Origin: Paraspadella gotoi
Taxonomy: Eukaryota; Animalia; Chaetognatha
DNA length: 64,000 nucleotides
Direction: 5' to 3'
Assembly: GCA_051294375.1 (NCBI GenBank)
Contig: CM119265.1
Location: 7,760,629 to 7,824,628, forward strand
The notes beneath the pieces were generated by a model, which saw only the letters and a list, made by a program, of their open reading frames with translations, made no database searches and was not told the origin of the DNA. Shown in pieces: positions 38,061 to 51,503 of the stretch. Every line of letters begins with the position of its first letter. The stretch's first letter is position 1. The translations under genes were made by a program, and so were the position numbers.

Positions 38061-38873
38061 AAAGCAGAAAATCTTAGATCGATTGTTTCTCCGAATTGTT
38101 TTCGGCTTCTGTCGTCGTCGTCATCTTTTTTTTCCCGCCAAATCGACTCCGCGATCTTTTTTTTTCGGATCCGCATTCACTGAATCCTTCCTTCCTCTTC
38201 CCTTTTCTTTCTTCCTCCCTTTTAATCCCATCCTCTGACCCACCCTCCACCTTCCTCCACTATCTTCCACCAACCGCCAACCCCAAATTATCTAATGGAT
38301 CCCGAATCGTCTTGTTTTTTGGTTGATCGTCGTCGTCGTCGTCTTCTTCGTCGCTGTTGTTATCATTATCACCGTCCACTGCATTGTTCGCTTCCTTTTC
38401 GACGTCGTCGTCGTCCTTCCTCTTCTTCGTCGTCGTCGTCGTCTCATTTTTCTCGTCCTCCGGAATCTCATTCTATTTTTGGTTCGTCTCGTTCCGTAAC
38501 TTTTCTTTGCCTCTTTCCTCTACTCGCTCAATCACCAATTTCTCCGTATCAAATCACTTTTGTTTACTTTTTACTTTTTTCTACTTTATCTCCTTTTTAT
38601 TCTTTCTTATTCTTCCCTCTCCTTTTTTTTCATTTCTCCCCCGTCCTTTCCTTAACTTTTCTCTTTCAACCTCCTCTCCTTTTTTCCCCTCCTTTTTCGG
38701 GTCGTCCTCATTCCTCTTCTTTCTCGTTTGTTTTATTCGAATGCGTTTCTTTCTTTCGTTAACCGTGATATATTGTTTCTCCCAGTTTTATTTGTTCTTC
38801 GAATGATTCATTTCGTATATCGTGGCTTAGCTTCTTCCGCCCTTTATTTCCTTCCTTTATTTCCTTCTTTTAT

Positions 38874-38908
<35 letters not shown>

Positions 38909-40223
38909 TGCCTCTGTTTGTTTGTCTTTTTTTCGGTACTTTTTTCTCGTTGTGTTGTGTTTCCGTAGTTTTTTCTTTTCCTATTCTTTTTTTTATTTTC
39001 ATGGTAGACGTCGGATCTGTTTTCCATTTGTTTCTTTAAAAAGCAATAACGTCTCTGTCTCTCTCTTGCTCTTTCTCTTTTGATCTCTCTCTCTTTCTCT
39101 CTCTCTCTCATACAAAATTATCTCCACCAAACGTCACGGGGCGGAAGACAAGACAAATAAAACAAAAGACAAAAATCGTGTTGTCCTAAATATTAGAAGA
39201 GTACGACACGTATGCCGAACGGGAGCTGAAAGCATCGGGGTAGAAAAGCTGGCAAAGTTTAAAAAAAAAACAGTACTTAATATAATCAAATGATCTTCAT
39301 CCTCATCGTTTTAAGTGTCAAATTGTTTCTTTAATAATCAGCAAAAAAAATACTTAAAAAAAAAGTTTCTTCGTCAACTCGAAGATTCGATTCGATCTTT
39401 TCAGCCCTCGACGGTGATTGGTCCATTCGATCAGCTAATCCTCCTTTTCTGATTGGTTGTCCGCTGCGGCCAATAGATTTCCCTTCATCCTTTAACGTCG
39501 GCGAATTTCGCTTTTTTTTCAGTTTTGTTGTTTTTTCTCGTTCAAAGCCAATGACGACGGTCTTTGCCAATTCCTTTGGACGTGTTTTCTTTTGCGCTTT
39601 GCGGTTGTATTCATCACCTTAACACAGACGATGAGANNNNNNNNNNNNNNNNNNNNNNNNNAGAGAGAGATAGCAACTTAGATCTAATGTGAAAGCAGAG
39701 AGGAAAAGGATAAAGGAAAGAACTTGGATACATATGGAGAAAAGAGAAGAAGGAAATTACAAGAAAGAGAAGAAAATAAGCATAGAGAGTAGAGACGGAG
39801 AGACAGAGAAATCGAGGAAAATGATCTCTGGGTTCTTAAATTGACGAGAAACTACATGAGCTGGAATGTTTTTTTGTAGTTTCATTTATTGTCTCTAGAT
39901 ATAACACCTGAGTCCATGGAGCAGACTGTCCATGTATTCGACATGTCTCGCCATTGTATTTTTTTTTTCGGAAATTAAAAAAAAATTATTCAAGGACATT
40001 AATTTGTTCTCTAACGACGCACGTCTTTCTTCTACCAAAGTCGTTTAAGATTCATTACGAATATTAAAAAAACTGAATAATTCAGTCTGTCCTTTGTCGT
40101 TTTCCGTATTATTTATTTGAAAAGTAGAGAGAATGTGGAGGGGATTGCGAGGGTTTTCAGGAAGGAAGAAACAAGATACTTTGAAGAGGGAGAGAGAACA
40201 GAGAGCAGAAGAGTAGAGAGAGA

Positions 40224-40265
<42 letters not shown>

Positions 40266-40744
40266 TAAGAGATAGAGAGAGAGCCAGATGAGAAGCGCAT
40301 TATTAACTAAAGGAGGCAGCCAGAAGTCGTCAAATCCCGCGCAATGTGTTATTCGACTAACCGTTAATGCCACGCTCTAGTTACAGAGGGAAAGCTTTTT
40401 AATACTGGAGATGACGATCGGGAGACACGAAGTATGGCAGATGTATACAGACTGAGAAAATAATAATATAGCAAAGGAGATATATGAAACGCGAAGACAG
40501 TTGATAAGTATACTATTTTCTGCCTTCTAGTTATTTTTATGCGGAGTTTGGGCGTGCTTTAGGGGGACGAGATAACATTAAGAGACGAGAGAGAAGAGAG
40601 AGAGTAGAGATGAGAGTAGGAGAGAGATAGCCAGAGAGAGGTAAGACGAGAGAGAGAGAAGAGAGAATTGATTGAGAGGAGAAGAGAGACGTAGAAGACA
40701 GCTTGACACTTCCATCACTCATCCATTAGTCCAAAGAGATAGCA

Positions 40745-43700
40745 AATAACTTGATCAAATTCTTACTTCGGCAGCTGAAGTCCGCCCTTCGTGATCATGC
40801 TCCTCTCGTCGATCGCGATCTTCCTTCCTCCGGTTCCATCATCATCTCACGGCGACGGTTTCACGCCTTTCTTGCCGCGGCCGACGATCCATCTGAGCCC
40901 GGCGCCGCCGAGATCTCGCGAATTCGAATGCGCGCCAAATGAGTGAGAGGCAGAGCCGACGAGAGAGAAACTCTTGCAGCCATTCCTCTCATTCGCGGCT
41001 TGGCTCGAGAATCCTGACGGCGAGCGAGAGGAATCCATTTTTCCTCTTCGCTCTCGCTCCTCTCACTCTTACCCCAGCGCCCTCTTCGTCGCCTTGCTTG
41101 CGTCAGAATTCGGCGCCGGCGAGCCAACAGCAGTCGGAAGGCGTCCCAACGGCGCCGCTCGCACCGGCCAGCGCAGCGGGAGAGGCGTCGTAGGCCGTTG
41201 CGAAACGTTGACATCCGGCGCCGTGGCGGAGGAGGAACGCGGAGAGGGGGAGGAAGGAGGAGGAGGAAAAAGGAGGAGGAGGAAAAGAGGAGAAGAGGTA
41301 GTGTGAGGGGTGTTTGTAGAACGATCCTCCGCGGGGCGTTGACGAAGACTGAGAAATGGATTACGAGAGATGAGCAAGATTGACATTTAATAGATTGAAT
41401 TAAGTGAAGCGTCTTCTCCTTGCGGCGCTTCCAATTTTTCCCTCCACGTCCGCTCCTTCAAACTTTTGTGTCCTGAGAGCGGAGACCAAGAGAGGCCTCG
41501 TCGGATAGTTGTGGGTTCTGTCAGGCCCTCGCTTGACAACTGCAGATTTTTAGCGCGGCAAGGCTATGTTTGCTTCAGATGGGGTATAACACCGCCGTCG
41601 TACTCGTTTATGCCAGTTACTAAGGCTTGGGAAAAATGTCCGAACGGCCTTTTTTTAATGTGAAGAATGTAATTGGCAATCTCAAAGCCGATCGACCTCC
41701 TTCACCTCCTCCTCCTCCCCCAGCTACCTGTTGTCCACTACCGAGAATAAAGTCGCACTATCTCCGCGAGGTTTTCCCCAGCGGGCCAAGTGGGACGGGG
41801 AGATTGTTGTACTGATTCCAAGACATCGAAATCGGCTGCCGCTGGCAGGCCAGAAAGCTGGAGACCGAGCATGTCCTTCGTGGCGGAACGGCGAATGTGG
41901 ACCGGGTAGTTGGACCGTATCGTCGCTATACCGAAATCTTGGAATTGTTGTTAAAGCATCCGGCGCGAAATAGAAAAAACGTCGGCTACCAAGCGGTGAA
42001 TCGAAAAATTTCGTTTTTTATCAAGTATTCCATTTCGTTTATATACACACTGTATGGTATGAAAATGGTATTAAATGAAAATTAAATTAACTGGCAATAT
42101 AAACAAGGCCTTGGTCTTGATTACTCCAACATTTCGTCGGACCTTCTGTCTCCGGATGATCGAGCATCAATCGAAGGCAAGTCGATCTCCGCGAGTCTTC
42201 CGCCAGATGACGCCTGAAACGGACCACGAAACAGAGGAAACAACGGCGTCATCGCCTGAATGACAACGAAGAAAAATTAACGATCTAAAGAAGAATCTGC
42301 AATCGGTCGAAAATCCCCTTGGCCAATTGAGGCTCAAATCCTTTCCTAATCTCGTTCGGAACGTTGACCCTCGCACCGTGACGAAGAAGTCACTTCCACC
42401 ATCTGGTGAATTGTCTCCTTGCAGGCGAGATGCAACGCCGTCCTTCTCCGTTAGCGGCGCGCGAGTCGAACTATAGGGACGCCTCTTCTCTTCAAAATGA
42501 CGGTCCGTGACGTCGCGACGAGACGCTGCGACGCCGCGCTAGAGAGTGCGCTACGGCGGGATGCGAGGCGGTCGGCGCAGCGGTGGGCAATGTGAAAAAT
42601 GGGGTTGACGTTCTTCGATTATAACTTATATGGCTTTTAAGTAACAGTAATAATAATTAAATAAAATAAATAAGATAAATATAATATTTTAAAAAATAAA
42701 ATAAGTTACAACACAAAAAAATAAAATGAATCATGGGGAAAAAAATAAAAATACGAAAGCCTCGGTGATGACCGCCTCCAGCGTTGAGCTATTTAACGAG
42801 ATAATATAAACTTCTTAGTCATGTATGTTATTTATAAGCTTTAGTGGTTAGTTCGAGTAATTTTTTCCTTTTTTATTTCTTTTCATTTTTTAAGCAAAAA
42901 ATAATTGGCACAATGAAGAACTTTCGTTTTGATATCTCCTGATGGCGACCATCGCTCCGTCTGGGGCAAGAAAAATAAGAAAAAAGGAAAATTTCTGGTT
43001 GATGACTTTTAGTTTACTCATTTTCTTAACAGCATATTTTCCTTTATCTTCTCATTCGATTCAAAAGGGACAAAAGGGAAAATATGAAAAACAAGCGAAG
43101 ACCGAACTTCTTAAAGTATTTTTGAACAAAAAGAGCAAAACAGGAGAAAAGAATGACGGGGTACAGTTGAAGTTGAAACGATTAATATTTTATTTATTTC
43201 AATATGGCTGTATTTGTAAATAGAGATATTAAATTCGAACAGGGCGGTTGTACTGCTTGGTGGGGAACTTGCCCCACGAGCATAAACTTGTTGCATAGTA
43301 TTTGAGTTGCACACACTAAACTGTTTGGGGTGGCACTCGCTTGTCTTTTTGGGGACCTTATCAAAGAATGAACTAAATGAAGAAAGTCGAGAGGAAAAAC
43401 GTGACATAAATTAGGAGATACGAAAGAAAAATCTATTTTGATTGAATATAAATAAATCAAATTTTTTACTACAAAAACAAGTTAGTTTTTTTTTAGCCTA
43501 GTGGAGCTGATTTGTTAAATGCGTGTGAAAGATCAACCCTGCAGCGATCAGGTTTTCCAAAATGTCCTTTCTTTCTGTTCATGATAGCTTTTTTGTGAAT
43601 AAAACGGCGTTAATGTTAAATATATGTATATATTCAGATATGGAACAACTCAACCGATCTTGTCGCCCGCCCACCAAATCTATCACCTCGCCAAAAGCAA

Positions 43701-44326
43701 GCAGTATCGTCATCATCTTCGTTTCACGCAGTTGCTCGTTTCCATAATTAAGTAACTGTAGGCGGTGTCCTGTACGCGTATTCCGAACTCCGCCTTATCG
43801 ACCTCCGTTGACTCACGAAAGAATACTCGGCGACCTTCACGAATGTCCGCCCAGCGTCGCGGTAGATAAGCGCTTGCGATCGCAGAGGAAGTTCTGCGCG
43901 TTTGAGATCGGCGCCGAGACCAGGCCAAGCGCCTCGTCAATTCGACGGCGCATTTGCGCGTGAGGCGTAGAGAACCGGCGTCCACTCTTGTCGTCGGCGA
44001 AATTGACAAGACGGCGTCGAGGAGGCGGCGTCGCGGCGCCTTCCGACGTGCGTCAGGACGGCCGCGATTGGCGCGATGATTGGAACCGATGCGGTCGCCA
44101 AGAACTGTCTCTCCGGCGGCTTGTCGCCAAAGAACCCGTCGGGATGTTTGCTAGAATGGCGACGACAGCAGAGGCGTCGTCAGCAAGCGGAAACGGCGCG
44201 GAACAGAGCAGCGGCGGCTCGAAATGGCGGGAGAAAGTGGCGGGTGAGGTAGACGTGTTCGGTGGCGTCCGGAACGGCGGCGGCGAGAGGAATTCCGATC
44301 TTCCATCAAGTAGGCGGTGAGTCGAT
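40745..44326 (-). pseudogene. Frameshift-riddled inverted copy of the ASB-like gene (possibly an error-rich read copy rather than a true pseudogene)
   Basis: It is the reverse complement of 54756-58182. The same peptides appear in broken frames (e.g. MEDRNSS, RRRWDAFRLL, LPLTHLARIRIR), with many 1-2 nt indels. Confidence 0.75.
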
Positions 44327-47300
44327 GGAGATTTGGATGCACGTGATGGCTAAAAAAATGGTTATTGGACATTCGGACAGAATATAATTTCGTATTTGTA
44401 GCGATCGTCTGTCTCAATCTTGCGAATATAAATTCTTAAATATTTAATAAGCCTCGCGAAGAAACAAACATCGTGTTGACAGACTTAAGTTTCAGGCTTA
44501 GCGCTATTTTTCGATAGAAAAATATACGAGTTTTGTTCTTGGTTAAGTCTGATTTTTGTTTAAAATCATTCAGCTGGAGTTAAATGGTTTGTTTTTTTCT
44601 CTTAACCTCCTGTTTTTTCTTTTAACGATTTTTTTTTTATTTTAATTGTATTTAAACTTTGAAGTTTATTTTTTTCATGAGCAATAATACTTGAAATTTG
44701 ATTTAGAATGATAAATCGAAAAAGAAAGAGAGATGTCGGGTAAAATCTATGGAATCATTATTTTTTGCGGGAAATTCACTCAATGAAAATATTTTGATAA
44801 GCTTTGTTTTTCAACTTCCTTCGTTGATCTACATATACAAGAATAATATTGTGGTAAAACGATTAACATAATTAATAATCACTAAGATTTCTTATTATTT
44901 AACATCTATTTAAAAACGATAAAGAACTAATAAAACCATAACACTGATGAGATTCACGATCACATTTTCGCGTACTCTCTCTCTCTCTCTCTCTCTCTCT
45001 CGGCGAACAAATGCTCGCGGCTCCGGCCGACGTCATCTCTTCATCATGCTTCTCTCTCTCTCTCTCTCGTGCTCTTTCCTCTGCTTCTCTCTCTCGAAAT
45101 CTCGATACCTCTCCTCTCCATTGTCTCTCTCTCTCTCCCATTTTAGTAAAATTAAACAATTTTTTTGGAACTCCAGGTGCGAAGCGGTACGTTGCAAAGG
45201 GCCGAAACGCAATTCGCTTCCAAAGAACAACAGTGCATGACAAAAAGAACAACAGGTGCCAGAACGAAAGCAAAAGAACAACAGGTGCCATGCAGCGAAT
45301 TTAACGGATAAACTTTAAATGAGGAATTATATTTTGGGAGCTAATAAATTAATCAACGTCGCAATTTTAAATTTTTTGGCGTTTTTTGGGCGTTTTTTTT
45401 AATTTAGCTAAGCCGTGGGGGGCTCTGCGGATCGGTGCGTCCGCCGTCTGTCCCGTCATGTTGGTGGAAAAGTTCGATTGTGTAAAGAAGTTTGTGACAA
45501 TAAACGTGTTGTTACTATTCCTGTGAAACGAAAATAATGTCTGGGTAATTGGTGGTCTCAGAAAAATGTCGAGGCGGTCATAAAATCCGATCTGAGATAA
45601 AACGCGAGAATAAAAAAGAAAGCGAGGCTTATATTGATCAAATGTTTATTTTGATTCCATTCCTCCTCAACTTTTTTCTCTTTTAATTTTCCCTTTATAT
45701 CTACCTTTCTCGCCCCCTCAGGCTTCTTTTCTCCCCCCCATTCTTCCGGCTCCACGTCTATCCAATTCACTCTAATCCACTAATCCAACTCTATTCACCA
45801 CCGCTCCTTGCCGCCCGTCAAACCGCATCCGGCCAAACCAACCGAGTAGAGCGCGGGAGTCGGGTCACGTGACTTCGGGTTTATCGCCGGAAAATAATAA
45901 GCGTAAATCGATAAACGTCCAAATACATTGTTTTCGAGGACCGTCCGATACCGACGACGAACGACGACGACGACGACGACGACGACGACCGAACGACGAC
46001 GACGAACGACGACGACGACGACGACGAACCGAAATTAGAGGCACCTGCGGTGATTCAGTCGCTGAGAGTTCATAAGGCAAAACTATGCTCAAAACCGAAC
46101 AACTGTCGGCGCGAAAGAAAATTGCTTAAATAAGCCGTCAAAAAATAGGAAGGAGTCCGACGATTTTCTTTAAGTCTTAAGTATCCCGCAGTTTTCAAAC
46201 CCCCGTCGTCCCAACTTAGAAGCACTTTTCTATTCAGTTTGGCCTTCTTGACGACAATGGTCGACATAGTTGGGGCCTTGCAACGTTTGGCACCTTACGC
46301 TTGGAAGAAGTAAACTTAAAATATAGGGCCTTCCCAACCCAGTCCAGGGGTAGTATAGCCTTCCGCAAAAATGAACGTGACTTCGATCTTGCCTTTCAAT
46401 TCCCATTCTCATAACCTAACAAAAAAAAAACTAACAAATATCTTAGTAACCGCTCAAGGAAGCTGCGATAAACGATTCTAAGAAAAGACGACACGACGAC
46501 ATGGAACTATAATATTCACGTCCAGGCGAACACGCTCGACGTCGTCGACGTCGAATCGCGCACAGGAGCGTCACACATCGGGCGAAAAAAAATCGGGCAG
46601 AGGAGAGGGCGTAGGAGCTGGGAAAAAAGAAAACGGGCGAAAACCTCCCCTTTACCTTTTCCTTTCCTTATCCTTTCCTTTTCCTTTCCTCTTCCTTTCC
46701 TTTTTCCTTTCTGTTCCTTTCCTTTTCCTTTCTTTCCCTTCGCTTTCCTTTCCTTTTTCTTTTTCCTTTCCTTTCTTTCATGTTTTTCCATTTTCTTTTT
46801 CTTTTCGCCCGATATATAAAACGATCGCCATTTCAGTATTCGTCATCCGATTTCTATATCGGAAAAAATCTTCGAATTATTGTGAAATTTTTTGTACGTT
46901 ATCGGACAGCGAGATTTCAACCTGCGAGACAAGGGGGAAAAAAAAAGTACTCTGTCGAGAATCGAACTCTCGACGTCGCGGTTTAAATCGCGAAATCGAG
47001 GCTTCTTATTCGACGGCGTCGACCGACCGCGAGCGATTAACGTGATGCAAGGAAAGTCGTCGCGTAGACGCGATCGTGACGCGGTAGTGACGTGACGGTG
47101 ATTCGTCGGCGACGAGGGGGGGGGAACCAGGGACTCCGGCGTCCCGTCACGCCGAGACGTCACGGAAGACGAAACAACCCCGACAATTACCGACCGACGC
47201 CAGACGACGGAGACCGACGCATTTAAACAACAGTACGATATAGAAAAAGGATTGACGTATCGGTGAAAAGGTGGAATAGGGGAGACGAAAAGAGGGGGTG

Positions 47301-47898
47301 ATATGACGGAGGGGTGGAAGGAAGTAAAAGAAATGATGAGGCTGAAACTACGACTGAATTGGAGGAAGCGATCGAAAGAGCGGACGTGGAATATATAAGA
47401 GCGAAGCAAGGACATGGATCGAACTGAAAGGCGAAACGATCAGCACGAACACATTCGCGAAAAAAAAAAAAAAAAAAAAAAATCGATCGAGAAATAATCG
47501 ATAGGGAGAATCGCAGAAAATATAACCATTGATATCGGGAAAGAAGGAGGAAGTAGTTATGAGAAATAATAGCCAGAGTGGGGATAGACGGCAAGGAACG
47601 ATTCGATAAGTAATTCTCGTTTTATGACAAATTTGCAAATTATATTTTTCCCAGGATACCCAATAGCAAAAATGGAACAAAAGAAAGAAAGAAAAGAAAA
47701 GAGAAAAGAAACGTGTAGTTTCGTAGCGGACCAGAAAAGAAAAAGTCGGAAAGAAAAAACTGGCAACTGCTGTTTCCAAACTTACGCAGTTATATTGTCC
47801 TTGATGTCAAACTCTGGCTAACTTGTTTCACAGAAACAAAGGCTCATAAAGCAACGAAAGAAAGAGAGAAGAGAAGAGAGAGAGAGAGAGAGGAGAGA

Positions 47899-47939
<41 letters not shown>

Positions 47940-49696
47940 GGTTAATATAAAGCAGAGCGAAATGAGATGTCATTAAGATCCGAGGAACTGAATGCTGACA
48001 GTCCCGTCGAAATCTCGAAGATTGCATTCCCTGGCAAACTGTCAGATTGCGGGGTCATCGATCCCCGACGCTTGCGGTTCTCAGAAAGAATTTATCAGAA
48101 AGAGCATAGAGATCTTCGCAATGCGAAAGAGATGCTTTCGCAGGGAAAGAGGGACCCGCGGACGTGACGATGACGTCACGTTTTCAAAAATAAAAGTTTC
48201 GTTGAATGATGTATAATTGTATAAGTGTATATTTTCAAATCTCGAACGGTTTTCAACGATCAAATATTCTACGGTTAATAGCGACCGCATAATAAACGAT
48301 AAAAAAGCAGATAAAAATCTCCGAAATTACGAGTTTACTGGGGCGTACGTTACGGATGGAAACGAATCTTTCATTGTCGATCTTGAAAACGATCTTGAAA
48401 ACGAATCCTTTTTTAAAAACTCTTTTAGAAAATTTGCATCTTTTGTTTGATTGTTCTCCTCTCTCTCTCTCTCATTCTCTCTCTCCTCTCACACTGTCTC
48501 TCTCTCCTCTTCATCGACTCTCTCTCTGTCTCATTCTCTCCTCTCTCTCTCTCCTCGTCAGTCCTCTGCTCTCTCTCTCTCCGATCCTTCCGCTCTAATA
48601 ACGACATCGCCAACGGACAACGACTTTCCCCTCTCCCTCTCAGTTCTGCCCCGCCCCATGGCACCGTGTCAACGCGGCCGTGACACGGAGCGACCGTAGC
48701 AAAACCCTCCTTATCGACCCCCACCTCTCCCTAGGAAACTTTAAGCCACGTCGTTACCATGACAACGAGACTCTCCCCCCCCTCTCTTCGTTAGTCGTCG
48801 ACGTTCGACGTCAGGAGAGATTTTTTTTTGGTTTTCTCAGACAACATCAAAAGCAAAGCTGAGCGATCGTAGCGTCGTCTGCGGAAAAAGATAAAGAAAA
48901 AGATGGGAAGAGAGAGAGGGACGGAATGCGGAGGAAATGAGGGGAGTGAGTTACGAAGGAAAGAGATAAAAGGGAGAGAAAGAGAGAGAGAGGAGGGGAG
49001 TATAAGGGAAGAATAAAGAAGAAAGATTAAATACGAGATGTTTATTTGGTCTTTAATTGCCGTTAATATTCTTTAATGCGGAAACAAACTTATTAATTTT
49101 GCTTTTGTTATTTTACCTTGAATATTGAATATTGAATATGCGCTTTCTATAAAGTTAGATTAATGAGTTAGGTTTTTAATTAAATAATACAAATGGCAAG
49201 GAAAAATCAAATAAACTTAAACAACAACCATGTCAAAAATGAATTTTCTTGAAAACTTTTTAAAAAATAGAGATTCTGAAAGACTTCCTTTGATGCAAAA
49301 AACGGACGGTAAATCGTAACAATCAACAAAGAGGCGCTGAAGAGGCGTTGCTATGGGCAACGCAAGACACATCACTAGGGACCGTACCGTCCGCCGCAAA
49401 AAGTTCCCGCAACTGATCAATCAAAGGATTCTGTTATTGCGTTTTACCGAAAACGAGTAAATTGCTGCACGAAAACGTTGCTAACTAGAAAGAAGCGTCT
49501 TTTGTTTTTCATTTTAAATACGACACAAGAGTTTAGACCGTCGATCGTCATCGTCGTCATCGTCGTCGTCGTCGTCGTCTCGTCGTCGTCGTCGTCGTCG
49601 AAGTCCGTTCCTGTGTGGATTTCCGCCATCGTTGCGTCTCTGTTATCAACATGATCGAGGTTTTTTCCTCTTTGTTCTTTGTTATTGTTTCCCTGC

Positions 49697-49728
<32 letters not shown>

Positions 49729-51020
49729 CTCTCTCTCTCTTTCTCTCTCTCCTATCTTCTCTCTCTCCTCTCTTTCTTTTCTTCCCATCTTTTTTTTTTT
49801 TAGACGACGACGACGACGACGATGACGACGATGACGACGACGTCTAAACTCTTGTGTCGTATTTAAAATGAAAAACAAAAGACGCTTCTTTCTAGTTAGC
49901 AACGTTTTCGTCAGCAATTTACTCGTTTTCGGTAAAACGCAATAACAGAATCCCTTTGATTGATCAGTTGCGGGACCTTTTGCGGCGGACGGTACGGTAC
50001 CCTAGTGATGTGTCTTGCGTTGCCCATAGCAACGCCTCTTCAGCGCCTCTTTTGTTGATTGTTACGATTTTACCGTCCGTTTTTTTGCGATCAAAGGAAG
50101 TCTTTCAGAATCTCTATTTTTTAAAAGTTTTCAAGAAAATTCATTTTGACATGGTTGTTGGTTTCAAGTTTATTTGATTTTTCCTTGCCATTTGTATTAT
50201 TTAATTAAAAACCTAACTCATTAATCTAACTTTTATAGAAAGCGCAATATTCAATATTCAATATTCAAAGGTAAAATAAACAAAAGCAAAATTAATAAGT
50301 TTGTTTCCGCATTAAAAGAAATATTAACGGCAATTAAAGACCAAATAAACATCTCGTATTTAATCTTTCTTCTTTATTCTTCCCTTATACTCCCCTCTCT
50401 CTCTCTCTTTCTCTCCCTTTTATCTTCTTTCCTTCGTAACTCACTCCCCTCATTTCCTCCGCATTCCGTCCCCTCTCTCTCTTCCCATCTTTTTCTTTAT
50501 CTTTTTCCGCTAGACGACGCTACGATCGCTCAGCTTTGCTTTGATGTTGTCTGAGAAAACAAAAAAAAATCTCTCCTGACGTCGGAAACGTCGACGACTA
50601 ACGAAGAGAGGCGGGGGGAGAGTCTCGTTGTCATCGGTAACGACGTGGCGCTTAAAGTTTCCTAGGGAGAGGTGGGGTCGGATAAGGAGGGTTTTGCTAC
50701 GGTCGCTCCGTGTCCACGGCCGCGTTGACACTGGTGCCATGCGGGCGGGGCAGAACTGAGAGGGGAGAGGGGAAGTCGCGTTGTCCGTTGGCGATGTCGT
50801 TATTAGAGCGGCAAGGATCGGAGAGAGAGAGAGAAGGAACTGAGAGAGAGAGAGAGAGAGGAAGAGAAGAGCAGAGAGAGAGTCGATGAAGAGGAGAGAG
50901 AGACAGTGTGAGAGGAGAGAGAGAGAGAGAGAGGAGAACAATCAAACAAAAGAGCAAATTTAAAAGAGTTTAAAAAGGATTCGTTTTCAAGATCGTTTCA
51001 AGATCGACGAATGAAGATTC

Positions 51021-51034
51021 GTTTCCATGGTAAC
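51021..51034. promoter_or_regulatory. RFX X-box-like motif GTTTCCATGGTAAC; related motifs at 50019-50033 and 50627-50641, with mirrors at ~48350, 48753-48766 and 49347-49361
   Basis: These match the X-box consensus GTNRCC(N0-3)RGYAAC / GTTNCCATGGNAAC. Confidence 0.4.
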
Positions 51035-51419
51035 GTACGCAGTAAACTCGTAATTTCGAGATTTTTATCGTTTTATCGTTTTACTGCGTCGCTATTAACC
51101 GTAGAATATTTGATCGTTGAAAACCGTTCGAGATTTGAAAATATACACTTATACAATATACATCATGCAACGAAACTTTTATCTTTTGAAAACGTGACGT
51201 CATCGTCACGTCCCGCGGGTCCCTCTTTCCCTGCGAAGATCTCTTTCCTTGCGAAGATCTCTTGCCTTTCTGATAAATTCTTTCTGAGAACCGCAAGCGT
51301 CGGGGATCGATGACCCCGCAATCTGACATTTGCCAGAATGGCAATCTTCGAGATTTCGACGGGACTGTCAGATCAGTTCCTCGGATCTAATGACATCTCA
51401 TTTCCTCTGCTTTATATTA

Positions 51420-51503
<84 letters not shown>

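Noticed and set aside
40745-44326. Left ASB copy as an evolved, diverged paralogue
   Set aside because: Divergence is indel-dominated, affects exons and introns alike and increases toward the contig end, as expected for low-coverage long-read error.
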